A stretch of DNA of 64,000 bases from Botryllus schlosseri (lineage: Eukaryota): assembly GCA_051294905.1 (NCBI GenBank), contig CM119371.1, positions 37,140,001-37,204,000 of the forward strand, given 5' to 3'. Every line of letters starts with the position of its first letter. Within the stretch, counting starts at the first letter, position 1. This document shows positions 1-12,058 of this stretch, one piece after another. The notes under the pieces were generated by a model. That model did no database searches and had not been told where the DNA came from. It was given only the letters and a program-made list of their open reading frames with translations. Position numbers and translations under genes: made by a program.

Positions 1-216
1 CATATGGAGATGCACGCTGGCGTCAAAAATCATGAATGTACTATATGTGAAAAAACATTTACTCATAAGGGTAACCTCGAGCATCATATGGTGATGCATG
101 TTGGCGTCAAAAATCATGTATATGATGTGTGTGGAAAAGCATTTACTCAGAATACAACCCTTACCGGACATATGCGGATACATGCTTGCTTGAAAAATCA
201 TAAATGTGGTGTATGA
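1..216 (+). CDS. 3' end of C2H2 zinc-finger gene, copy A (runs in from the left edge)
   Basis: ORF ...MHAGVKNHECTICEKTFTHKGNLEHHMVMH...; same 28-aa unit and linker as the arrays at 30566 and 40801. Stop TGA at 214-216 falls inside a degenerate last finger. Confidence 0.85.
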   Translation, partial: HMEMHAGVKNHECTICEKTFTHKGNLEHHMVMHVGVKNHVYDVCGKAFTQNTTLTGHMRIHACLKNHKCGV

Positions 217-1720
217 GGGACGACATTTGCTCAGAAGAGTCACTTTGAACTCCATATGACTATCCTTGCCGGCATCAAACATCTTGTCTGCAATATTAAC
301 AATAAAGTTCGAACATCCCCCAGACGTGGCGTCCGAGTGGCATTACAGTCCAAATCTACCCCATACGTAATGCCGTCCGGCCGCTGGCATGCAATATCTG
401 TTTACGAAGCGACTAGCAATCGTTAGCGGCAACTGGGTACTCATCCGTTAATCACGTGTTGCGCATCTATCCGTAGATTAGTTATCCATAGTCAAACGCT
501 TCGTAGACACTCGGCCTCGTCTGGCGTCTGAGCCGGTTCAACTTCTGTTGCATTCATGGGCATAGTCGTATTGAACTTACTGGAAGCCAAACACCCATGT
601 TTAAAGTCCATTTCTGGTGAACTCCCGATTAATCAATTGTTTTCATATCACCTTACTGTGTGCACCGAAATCGGGAGTGGTCTTGTTATGAACAGTTACT
701 GGGAGTCAAGATGATCGCTTGAATTCACTAATGAATTTCGCCATTGATATTAGTAGTTTCACATATTACTATCGAATATTTGAATGATGAAGGGTGTGTT
801 TTCAAAGATCTAGGGCAAGTTATGAATGCTAATGCATCTTAGGACTTCGTTGCATGCCGTTTTTTCTTGAGATTACGTCAGGATTGTCGGTATAGTGGTA
901 AGATGTTGGAATCCCCCAAACGTACCAGAAACAAATTTCTTTCATAAAGAGCACATGGTTACAAATTGGTATTCATATCTTTTTCCTCTGCTGTTCACAT
1001 CTGTCCTGTGGGGCTTGCAAAGGGCGCGGCACTATATTAAAATCGAAAATTTAATGAAGTCACAATGAATCGCGCATAGCGCAAAGAAAATCTCAAGCGT
1101 AATTAAAATTCCTAAAAAATTCGAGAGTCAAATCATAAATTCAATTTGCATGTAGACGGCCGCCGACACATACTAAGTGAATTACATGTTGACAGCCGCT
1201 CAAAATTCTTTCTACGGCCTCAGGCTGCAGGGTTGTAACCTTGTCACAAGTCAATTGACGAAATGTGTATCAATAATATGGTAATTTTACTATTCTTCGA
1301 CGTTACAATGAAATGTCTGTCCTGGCCGCCCTAGTGTCGAGTCATATGACTTGGTTCGAGTAATGCACAATGACTCGAGTCACTAAAATATCTCGAGTCG
1401 AGTCATTACAACCCTGGCAGGTTGGCCAGCCATGAGCGAGAGTATCGATTTCCAGTGCATTACAACAAGTGTTTCACATGGCATGCTGTTGTGTTTCAAA
1501 TTGCCATAAATATTGTGTTACTATTGTTACAGATAAGTTTTAGTCCCCGAAAATTCAAAAGTTCTGTATACAGGATAACGTGACTATGACTGGTAATTGG
1601 CTATGCTGCTGCCACAAGATTAAAAGAAATGTAAGGTCGGAAGGAAAGGAAGTAAAAACGACCTAGTACTTTTCAACGAAACACCCACCTTGGAATAGAA
1701 CATATATATAAGAGGAATGC
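217..1720 (+). repeat. Duplicated zinc-finger 3' flank (segmental duplication)
   Basis: Colinear with 31920-33170 and with 42600-44105 plus 50420-50760 (e.g. cccatacgtaatgccgtcc..., gcatagtcgtattgaacttact...). Confidence 0.9.
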
Positions 1721-1724
1721 ACGC

Positions 1725-1930
1725 TTAATTGATAGTATAACATACTAGAATCTGTATGTATAATGACTTGAACGTTGTCATCAAATGCTCAACCCTCTGC
1801 TTGAGTGAATGAAGATTGAGGAAATCGTTAGATTTTACCGGGCAGTAATCGCAGGGGAACTTATGCATTGATTTATCAATCTCTAGCTTACTCATATCTT
1901 CTATGTTTAGAACTCCAAAACTTTGGAGTA
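1725..1930 (-). mobile_element. Old LINE (CR1/L2-group-like) ORF2 C-terminal remnant
   Basis: Translation FGVLNIEDMSKLEIDKSMHKF matches the younger copy near 14480-14550 (FGVLNIEDMRKLEIAKFMYQF). Paralogous remnants near 51420 and 56400. Confidence 0.7.
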
Positions 1931-2968
1931 GGGTAATTATTTGGTAATGTAATATTATTGTGCTGAAATGTTGCAATATTTTAAATTTTTTGCTGTAATA
2001 TGTGAAGAAATCCTCTGTTTATATAGCTAAATAATCTGTCAATGTTGCGGTGGTAAATAACTACGACATGTAACTAGTGCACATTATTTGTTTGTTACTT
2101 TTTGTCTCTGGCTGTGTTCTTTATTTTGTATTTCATGATAAATTATGGATACCAAGCCTCGATGACAGTGACAGTCGTTCTCTCGTTCTGCTGTCCTGTA
2201 ACAGTATTTATCTACTATATGTTGCATTCATTTGATTTCCAAACTAAACTCTTCCGTGAAAAAACATAGCCTGTTTCGCATTTTGTATTTCGAACTTCAA
2301 ACATTTTGAGTTTCCTCATATATGTTCAAGCGTAGTAAGTAACGCTGCGACGATATCAGTAAGCTAACATGAATCCAAATTTTGGCAAATTCACATTTCA
2401 TGTATAATTTGGCTCTTGGCGTAACGACCTAAGACAGGGGTTCTTGAACCCTTTTGATCGCGGAACTCGTCAAGTTTTTTGGACGGTTTGCCCGTAACCG
2501 TAACCTTCAAATTTCAGAGGCCAAAGACTGGAAGGTCATCACCACAAACTCTCTTTAGGCTATTTCACTTCTAAATAACATGACAAATGCCAAGATAAAG
2601 TAGTTACAGTCCGACTCACGGCGTCATTTTCAGAGTAAAATCTGCTTTTGTAGTATCTTGATGACGTAATGCCCTTTCACGTCCCTCTGAACTAGCTCGC
2701 GGATTCCTAAGGGGTCCGTGAATCCCAGTTTAAGAATGCCTGACCTAAGATTTCGGTATGTTTTCGTATGATTATTTGTCACTCTCTGATCTGATAAAGA
2801 ACTGAAGTTGATTTTTGTTGCATTTCTTTGTAATGTGGAATATAATTCAATCATCAAGTTGTTGAGGCTTCAGTGATTCTTATTGTTATCTCATTTTGAA
2901 TAAATATGTGTAGCTAAATGATATTAATTCTGAGATCATTTGTTAAGCTGCCCAACTCTCCTTGACAG

Positions 2969-5900
2969 CTTGCGGGATGCGCCATTCAACAAGAGATTTA
3001 AACTTTCATCCAGGCAGGCGGGCTGATGGAGACGCAAGACGTAAATCCTGTGAAAATAACGGAAGACTTCCCGCTTTCGGTCATAGAAGATATCAAGGTT
3101 TGTGCGGATCAGTGCCTTATAAAATTGGTCCACTGCGACGACACACTACGTTCTGATTTTCCGAAATCGATTTGCACTTTCCGGGACATGTATCACGTTG
3201 TCGCCAGCCCAGTTATGCCCAGATTTTGTGAAAGTAGTCGCAGCTGCTTCTCTGGGGAAAATAAATATCAATTCACTACACTATTCAATAGTACATAGTG
3301 AGTATCAGAACTGGACACAGGACAAATATCAGTATCTGTAGAAACACCGATATTGGCCGGCTCCAGCCGACATTTCTCGTGAAATTCTACCGTTTTGTGT
3401 CAGGTCAAGTCCTGTTTTGTTGCAGAACACCGGTGGGTCAAAGAAATCCAGGCTCACAAGCTAGCCCAGTGGGAGGCCGCGCTGAAATGAAATGGCAAGC
3501 CCGATTTCTGCGCGTCGACCCACACCACTCCTTGACATGGTGTATCCGATGGCCGGCCAGGGACGGTTGATGATCCCGGGGCTGGTTCGGGAGGAGGCCG
3601 CAGAGATTTTGTTCGAACAGGTTTGATTTTGTTAGTTTTCAAATTTGTGCTCTGAGGCCAGTTGTTCCCAAGTGCTGCTTTGCCAAATATGTAGCAATTA
3701 TATATCTCAATTGTGAGATGCCGGGAAGTTTAACGATTTCCCATTAATTAGAGAAGTGAAACAACCCATTTTATATTGGTTGAGAAGTTTGGAATGTATT
3801 CTATTGATTCTATACTAGAAACCGAACCGAGTAGTAATTCTGATGATTCTTGCGAGTACTGAAGTTAGCTACCAGTTGTTGGAGTACCAGTTGTTGGTTA
3901 CGGAATCAGAAATAAGAAATATCGGCGTGGCGTAAATGACCATTGCAGTCGACAAACACCGCGATAACCACAAACAACATTAGGGTTAAGTACATAGTAA
4001 ATGCTGACAATGCAAGTCTTCTCGCTTCGACGAACTTACCCGTAAGCTCCACTCTCGCACGCTGGGCAGTGCGCACACACGGATACATAAACATACAGTC
4101 ACTAAAATTTGACGTAGTAAGCAAGTAGTGGGGAATCGCGGCAGACTGATCTGCCGCGGGCTACATTATCATGTAAGACGGGAAGCTGCCCGCGGGCCGG
4201 ACAAAATGCCGTCGCGGGCCTGATCCGGCCCGCGGGCCGTATGTTGCCCGGCCCTGGGGTAGAGGGTCGAGTCCGAGTCATTGTGCTTTGACTCGAGTCC
4301 AAGTCATTGTGTTCGCTGTTCAGTTTTGAGTTATTGTAGTTAAAGACGAAAGACGAAATAGTGGCTCTTTTCACTTTAAAGCCTTTTGAATCACAGTTCA
4401 GAATTCAATCCGGCTCAAACCACGTTTTTAACTCAGCTCGAGTGATGTAGAATGGCTCGCATTAATAATATCGTAATTTTCCTCAATCCTAACATTTTCT
4501 GGCCCTATTTTTCAAGTATCAGGACTGATAGACGAAATACCTATCATGTGGTGACTTTACTATTCCTCGAAGTTACAATGAAATGTCTGTATTGGCTGTC
4601 CTTGTTTCGAGTCATATAACTTGGTACAAGTCGAGTCAGTATGCAAATTGGCTCAAGTCGAGACATTTCATGCATTTGAAAAAATGACTCGAGTCAAGTC
4701 GAGTCACCAAAAAATCACGAGAACCCGGGTGGAGAACCACTGTGTTGAATTGTGAGTTCTAGTTCGCTAAATCGAATCTATTTTCTAATATTTCAGGACA
4801 ACGATCGGTTATCGCTGCCAACTTTGGTTCTGGATTCCATATTAAAATGTCCAGTCGACTCGAGAAAGACTCTCGCCTCGAATCTGGTTCTGTCAGGTAA
4901 ACTGTTTTATGGCTGTGTAATGTTAGAAGAAATTCTACATGTGCAATATGTTGTGTTTGGCATTTTATTACGTTTCGTAGAGGTGGATTTCAAGCAGGAA
5001 TAGTTGAGTAACTGTTTAAATAACCAGTTAGGACTTGGAAGTACTTCCGTTTGGAATAGTTTTGGGCTGTTTTAAAATTAGCCGCTTGTAACCAATGTAA
5101 AGTAGCGATTTCTAAGACGTGTCAAAACTATCTCAAGTGCAAGTAGAAAATGATGATTAGAAAAGAACTGCTATTGAAATATAAAACGAATGCCCTTTGT
5201 GTCTTTAATGTGGCTAAATATATTTGTTGCAGGTGGAACATTCATGCTTCCCGACTTTTCGCACAGATTGTTGTCTGAGCTCGAAGATTTGGTCGCGATC
5301 GAGGAACGCTACAAGCCTGTGAGTTATGTTTTTGTAGTCTTCAATTACTTGTAATTACAAAGAGAGTTGAACGACTAGAAAATTTTAAGCTATTCCAAAT
5401 CAGATTATGAAATTAGGCATATAGCTGCATATTTGTTCAAATTAGATTTGAAATAGAATTACTGAATTTACATGAACTCGAAATTGATCGGTTTTGCATT
5501 CTCAGTGGTCCGAGTGTCGGTTTGGCGTTCATAACACACCGGTCCGCGGGAATATAGTGTCGTGGTTGGGAGGTTCTATATACGCCTCACTGGAGACCTT
5601 TCCTCACAGATTCATAACGAAATAATATTTTATCGAGGTGAGGGGAACTGTCCGTTATGGGTTACGTTCGAAATGGCTAGTGTCATAGCACGTCTGTGGA
5701 GCCGGTTTACTGCATATCAGACTCAGACATTTACAATATGCCTGTTTAATTCTGTCGCTGGAATCCGACTCCTAATATATTCTTCACTGAACTCAGACTC
5801 CAACATTCCTGCAAATCCTCTCAGATAATTTTACGTATGGCACATTTGTAATTATTATTATTGAATAGACTCTTGGAGGTACAAAACTTGAATATACAAA

Positions 5901-6999
5901 TCATATATTCATATTGAAATAATCCGTAATGTTTTCAGCTGATACTCATCATGAGTAATCGTCAGCAACTAATGGAGAATTGGAAAGAACATTGTATGTC
6001 AACAATCGTATCACAAATGTTCTTTCAAATTTTCTACTAGTTGCTGACGATTGCCGCTGACGAGTGTCATCAGCCTAAAATATTCGGGTTCGCTTCGATA
6101 TGAATATACTATTCAATTGCATATTGAAGTTTTGTACCTCCAAGAAGCTCTGCAAATAGTGAAGAATTGAAAGAACTTGTATGCCAACTATCGTATCACC
6201 AAATATGACGTGACATTCACAAAAATTAAATATTCGAGGAGAACAGATGGCTTGAGCTAAATGTACTACCGGTATTCTCATAGTATATAGCAGGATTGTA
6301 ACCAAGTCACAAGTCAATATCACTGTAATAGTTTTGACTCGGGTCGAGTCGACTTGTTATTAATTCGTCATCGAGTCAATTCAAAGTCAGTTAGTAGATG
6401 GCCGAGTCAGAGTCGTAGTGTTTTGACTCTAGTCCAAGTCATTATGTTCACTGTTCAGTTTTCAGTACAATCCGGTTCAACCCACTTTTTCAACTCTGCT
6501 CGAGTGATATCGAATGGATCGTATTCATAATATCGTAATTTTCCTCAGTCCGAACAGTTTCTGGCATATTTTTCAAGTATCAGGACTGATAGACGAAACG
6601 AAATACCAACAATGTGGTGACTTTACTATTCTTACAATGAAGAAACTGTCTTGGCTGCCTTGGTCTCGAGTGAGGTCGTTTTACGGAATTGAAAAAATGA
6701 CCCGAGTCACCAAAAATCGTGACTCGAATCTGTGTCAAATCGAGTCAACGCCTGCGATGATATAGTCTTTCCTTATTTCAGAACAGACATCGACTTCCGG
6801 ATTGCGTATTGGATCTGCAACCTCCCGAATTTCAGCCAGAAAAACCAGCTGCGATTAAGTCCAGCCATAAAGCCTGCCTTATCTCGGCTCGTCAGGTCTG
6901 AGCACGTCGTTGAGGTCCAGTGTCGGATCGGTACCAAGAAATTCCGCAGCCGTATCGGCCCTGGCTGCGTTGGGACTGGCACAAGCCGAGAAGAAGTAG
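2969..6999 (+). pseudogene. ACTR10: ACTR10 / Arp11 (dynactin actin-related protein) 3'-half pseudogene, copy 1, six exons
   Basis: GT-AG exons: 2969-3097 (LAGCAIQQEI*...SVIEDIK), 3404-3620 (VKSCFV...MVYPMAGQGRLMIPGLVREEAAEILFEQ, +1 frameshift), 4797-4896 (DNDRLSLPTLVLDSILKCPVDSRKTLASNLVLS), 5233-5318 (GGTFMLPDFSHRLLSELEDLV), 5506-5637 (VSWLGGSIYASL...ITK*YFIE), 6782-~6999 (RLPDC...AEKK). These match recalled ACTR10 motifs LEDIK/ARTCFV, EILFEQDN, CPIDTRKQLAENL, GGTSMLPGFLHRLL, AWLGGAIF, RIPDW. Two TAA stops and a frameshift; no 5' exons found. Confidence 0.88.
5872..6146. mobile_element. Old palindromic MITE-like element in an ACTR10 intron
   Basis: Arms cttggaggtacaaaactt...aatcgtcagcaacta...aaagaacatt and aatgttcttt...tagttgctgacgatt...aagttttgtacctccaag. 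Paralogous copy starts near 63826 and runs off the window. Confidence 0.6.
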
Positions 7000-7589
7000 C
7001 TCGGTTTTGTTCAAGATAGGATTGTCGGTTGCTTGTTCTGTGGAAATATTGCTGTCTGCTGATATACAGGCCGCACCGGGGATGTTCCTGTGTCGGCCAA
7101 TTGGTTCTGCAACTAGGGTTGGGCAATGGGCAATATTGATGGGCAATATTTTATGCGACCACTATGATAGGGTTGCGATATTTTGGGTTCGAGAAAGGAG
7201 GACACTTTTCAACTTACAAAATTCACAATACTGAATCCAAAAAGTGCTGATGCTACTATTTTTACGGGAAATAATGTTCCGTTAACTTGAAAAGTCAACT
7301 TTTCGACCCAGTTCATTAAAATGCTGCTGTGTTGTTGACTAAAAAATAAAAGGTAATATTTCCAGTCCTACTTTTGAGAGCCCCGCCCGAACCAGTGGCG
7401 TAGCAGCCACTTGGCGGTTCTGGCTCTGCGGCAGGGTCCGAGGAGGCGGCAAAATGTGGCTGCACAGTGAGAGAGAGAGATGGTATTCTTTTTCGCCTGC
7501 ACCATCGAGATGCGATACGGACCTTTTTTTATAATAAGGTCATCTAGTCTGCACCCCCGTTTTTTCCCTCTGTGATTTCTGAGCACCTA

Positions 7590-7705
7590 GCAAGATAGCC
7601 GCAGATACCAGTTTTCGAGTCTTTGGTCTGACCCGGCCGGGGATCGAACCCACGACCTACTGATCAAGAAGCCGGACGCATCACCATGACACTATCTCAC
7701 TCGGC
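7590..7705. mobile_element. SINE-like fragment with tRNA-like motif
   Basis: gagtctttggtctgacccggccggggatcgaacccacgacctac...; reverse complement contains B-box-like GGTTCGATCCC. Confidence 0.5.
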
Positions 7706-7869
7706 ACAGTGTACACAGCCGGCTAAAAGAAGCGTTAATTGGTAGTGCTATAGCTGGCGTCCCGTGAGGTCTCGATCGGAAGCTAGTGCAGCGCTGATTC
7801 CGAAAACACGAAATAATATGCTAACATGGCGATGGAACCACTCCGAAACAGCCGTCAATGCCGATTGTT

Positions 7870-8152
7870 CGGAGAGTTCGCAGAAAAAGGAGAATGCCTG
7901 GCGAACAATCGGAAGATGCTGGCCTCAGTGTTGTTGAAGAAGTTAGATGAGATACATCTTTCAAGCTTTGGACGGATTTAAACTTGAAGCTGAACTTGGA
8001 TTACCGGCATACACCACTTAAAAGATATGTTTTGATTTTTGAATTCCCGCGTGCTGCTGCAAAGCGAAAGTCACAATTTATTCACCAGCGCTTTTAGAAG
8101 CACTTATGGCAACGAGGTGGACTTTTTGGAGTTGGCTGCGAAAATTGTCATG
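7870..8152 (+). pseudogene. hAT transposase remnant (central/C-terminal region)
   Basis: Frameshifted VRRKRRMPGEQSEDAGLSVVEEVR...FLNSRVLLQ...TYGNEVDFLELAA, resembling Tip100/ZMYM1-like hAT transposases. Confidence 0.65.
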
Positions 8153-8283
8153 CCTTATACCAGGGGTGGGCAACATACGGCGCGCGGACAGTTTCCCGTC
8201 TTACATGACAATGTGGCCCACGGCCCCAGTCTGCCGAGATTCCGCACTACTTTCTTGAACGTCAACTTTTAGTGACCGTATGT

Positions 8284-8775
8284 TAGGGTTACCATACGTC
8301 CTCTTTTAAGAGGATTTGTCCTCTTTTTTGAATTTTTTGAAAGTGTCCTCGGAGGACGCCCTTTTGTCCTCATTTTTGAAAATTTAGGTCAGATGTAGAG
8401 GAAATTGCGAGTGATATGCCGTAAATTAGCACATAAGTGACGCTCCGGCGGGTATTTCGGAGCGAAATATGGTGATTTTAGGTCTGAGCGAAAAGAAGAG
8501 CTTTTTTTTTAGTCATCCACCTAGCAATGCGGAGAGAAAAACGGTATTCTGAGCTCTGAGCAAAAAGATGACCTTTTTTTTCTGTCATCCACCTAGCAAT
8601 GCGGAGAGAAAAACGGTATTCTGAGCTCTGAGCGAGTAGATGACCTTTTTTTTTAGTCAACCGATCACAAAGTGGGAAAAATTCACCGGTTTTTGAGAAT
8701 TCTGCTCCGGTTTTGCAAGTCTCAAATTTCTAAAAAAGTGTCCTCTTCTTACATTTCTGAAATATGGTAAGCCTA
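8284..8775. mobile_element. hAT MITE with an internal ~72-bp tandem repeat
   Basis: TIR tagggttaccata / tatggtaagccta; TSD CCGTATGT at 8276-8283 and 8776-8783; tandem units at ~8480-8660. Confidence 0.85.
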
Positions 8776-8876
8776 CCGTATGTTATTATATTCGTGTGTG
8801 CGCAGCGTGCGAGTGCGGAGTTTACGCATAAGTTCGTCGAAGCGAGAAGACTTGCATCATCGGCATTTACCATGTA

Positions 8877-9432
8877 CTCATTATTGGTTTATTAGCAATT
8901 TTATCAGTTCAATACACCACAAAAAATGCGATACAATGAATAGACAGGAAGATGTCGAAGCGACTTGGATTTGTCAATGGAATCGGACACCCACCTTGGC
9001 CTAGGCGTAGTAAAGAGGAGGCATGCACACTGAATGAAAGTAAAGAATACAGTATAGAAAAAGAAAGCGACAAGAAATAGGGCGGCATGTCATGGGAAGC
9101 GAGATCGATAGGTCAGTCGTGGTCCGGTAATCTTGAGGATGGACTGTATTTATTTAGTAGTAATTGCTTGTATTTCGACTTGAATGTGGACATGCTCGTC
9201 GACTGTCGGATGGCCGGCGGGATACTGTTCCACACATCAGGTCCGGCATATTTGATGGAGCGATGATCTTTTCGGTCGATCATATGATATTTGGACGACG
9301 TGGACGCGCGTGTGTTGTACTTGTGCGCTTTTGATTCAGAGGTAAAGAAGTCATTGAAATATTCGGGGCAACGACCGCAGTGAAACTGATACATAAACTT
9401 GGCGATTTCTAGTTTCCGCATATCTTCTATCT
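8877..9432 (-). mobile_element. 5'-truncated LINE (CR1/L2-group-like): ORF2 C-terminus plus 3' UTR
   Basis: ORF 9113-9421 ...AKFMYQF...HKYNTRAS...RSIKYAGPDVWNSIPPAIRQSTSMSTFKSKYKQLLL, a typical end of this ORF2 class; near-identical to the copy at 12825-14560. Confidence 0.85.
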
Positions 9433-9776
9433 CAACACTAATGAATTGATATCTTGGTCAATTTGATGTACCGGGCTCATCGAACGCCTTGAAATCTTAA
9501 CCAAGGATTGCACCATAGTGTCCTATATGATGTGGACACAAGCAAATATCACGGCTCAGTGAGATTTGTATGCGTCACACTTTCCATTTGGCTAAAGGCG
9601 ATTTGACGGGAATTTTGAGGAGCTTGCCGAGCAATTAATTTGATAAACTGGTATCAATCGAAAGCTACCGCGGTACTGATTGCGAAAATCAGCCTCGAAT
9701 GTTGCATTGTAACGGAGTTTGGTGCTGTGACTCAACCATGTCGTCTGAGCAGCTCAAGAGCAAGTGCGCACTAGAG

Positions 9777-12058
9777 CAGTGGTTCTCAACCTTTTTGAGC
9801 TCGCGGACCGGTAAAATTTCAAAAAATAGTCGGCGGACCGGTGGACCTTCAAAAATTGAATAAACTCGAAATGAAATTGCGATAAAAGCATGCAACCATT
9901 TTTGCAAGAATGCTACTAGAGAGTGACATTTTGAGAATTTTATTTGTGTTCATGACGACATTCATGAAATTATGTGGTAGTGTTGCGAAGGCCGAAGGCC
10001 TTGAATTAACCGATTACAGCAAGAGTTCCCAACCTTTTTATGGTTCGCGACCTCAAGACACCTAATTCCAATTTGAAAATGTTCCGCGACCCCACCTCTC
10101 AATTGGGCGTGCTGACTACAAATAAATGGTGAGCACCCCGCCCAAGCGTACTCCTGGTCTATATGGGAAACTGACGACCATGTGCGCAGTAATAGCAATT
10201 ATGCAATTTTTGAAGTGTCAATCTTGTTCTCCGTCCCAGACTATATACCAATATATCGTTGTTTTGGAACGATTTCTCTCTATATCGAATTAAAGAAGTC
10301 GAGTACTGCTACGTGAAATTCTGCGCCGCGCGAAATGCAGACAACAATCTATATGTTGTTTGGCCGCGCTCAGCGTGTTTGTTTGTTCCGTTAACTCCGT
10401 GGTTCTCAAACTTTTAGGAAAACTTCACGAAACGGTCGCTTTGCAATCTTTTGCATGACTCAAGACTCCTTACCAAATTAACGCAAAACACCCAAAAACG
10501 GTGGTCTTGGTCGTCAAAGGGCGATCAACTTAATTTCTGGGGAAAGAATTCTTCAGACCCCTCTCACCGCTTCCGGTGATTTCAACACTACCCTTTCGTG
10601 AAGTTTTTTATGGAGTAAATTTTGTCGATATTACAGTAATTGATTTGTTGAAGCATGTTGTTATTTCGTGAACCCAGGTCATGATTGTGACTGATCGAAT
10701 AATATAGGAGTCGCTAACACGGAACAGACTAAAATAAAGAAAAATCATTTTGCAATTCGCATTTCAACTCTGGGAGAATATTATTTTCCTCCGCGGATCG
10801 CATTTGTTCCGCGCGCGGCTTAGACTAGGACTATTCCGTGACGACTATTTCGGTGCCTGAACATATCAATATCGAAGGTTCCGGCCAACATGCCGCCAGT
10901 GATCTTTTTTCCAGCGCAGTTCTCGTGAAGTCGCCTGTTGGCCAAACCGCGTTTAGAGCCGAAATGCCGATATAGCACAGCCGCTCTTCACGCGCTCCTA
11001 GATTGAAGTATTTAACGGCCTTAAGCGATGCTCGCGTAATTGCAAATGCAGGAATATTCTTTAGATTTAAATTTTGTAAGTTTATGCGTATTTTGTTCCT
11101 CGGTGGGAATACGCACAATAAAAGGAGAAGAAATTCATAGTGAAACTAAAGCGCGCGAGGTGAGACTCAAATTTAAAATTGGATAATTTAGCACTAAAAT
11201 ATTCTACTTTTTGTTAATTAATGATATTATTTCGGCCATCATCGAGTTTGATTTAACAATAAGTTGCCTGAATTTTTTATATTCCAAAATTTTGTTTTTT
11301 CTGGATGGTTTGAATTTTTCGGAACATGTTTTGCAGACCCCCAACGAACCTTGGAACCCAGTTTGAGAACCACTATGTTAACACATAGCACTATCGGCCA
11401 CTTGCAGTTTTCCGGGAAGGAAAATTACCATGCCGTTGATTTCTAGGCTCACGATATTTTAATTTTAATAGAGGTGGCCTGACACCAACCTTACGTTATA
11501 GTGGTGGCGCTTTAGTATGACCCTTCGACTAATCTGATACCTTGTTTGCCGAATTCGCATTTTTCAGAGGTCGTTTATTTCTATTTTGTAAAATGAACGA
11601 AAACATTCAGATATGAACTGCCGATAGCACCCGGTTCAATGGCATTCTTGTAATGGTCTTTGGTATTCAATTTATGTCCCCGCGACTCCGAAGAATAGGT
11701 AAACGGCCCGGTTGGGGTCGTGACCCCTAGGTTGGGAACCCCTGGAATACCCCAACTTGAATATTTTTCTTCGGTTCGATAATGTCGAGAGGAGAAGCGT
11801 TTCGAAGTCGGGACGAACACCTTTGCTCATTTGTCACTACCACCAGACCTATACGAAATGTGTAGTAGCCTACGAATAAAATGGGGATGTTTTCATTCAG
11901 TTTTAAATGTGATGTGTTGCTTTTTTTTTATCAATTAAGAAGCCTTCAACTCATTTTATTTTGCAATTGAAGTATAAAATTACAGAATGTCTGGCGGACC
12001 GGCAGAATAGTCGTCGCGGACCGGCACCGGTCCGCGGACCGGCGGTTGAGAACCACTG
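9777..12058. mobile_element. hAT (Charlie-like) non-autonomous element (nest level 4)
   Basis: Perfect TIR cagtggttctcaacc / ggttgagaaccactg; TSD CACTAGAG at 9769-9776 and 12059-12066. Confidence 0.9.
10397..11375. mobile_element. Innermost degenerate hAT MITE, itself inside a further hAT-like element at ~10020-11745
   Basis: Ends gtggttctcaaac / gtttgagaaccac; degenerate TSD cgttaact/tgttaaca; enclosing ends gttcccaacc / ggttgggaac. Confidence 0.55.

Noticed and set aside
2969..6999. A functional ACTR10 gene
   Set aside because: 5' exons absent, two in-frame stops and at least one frameshift; copy 2 has its own disabling lesions.
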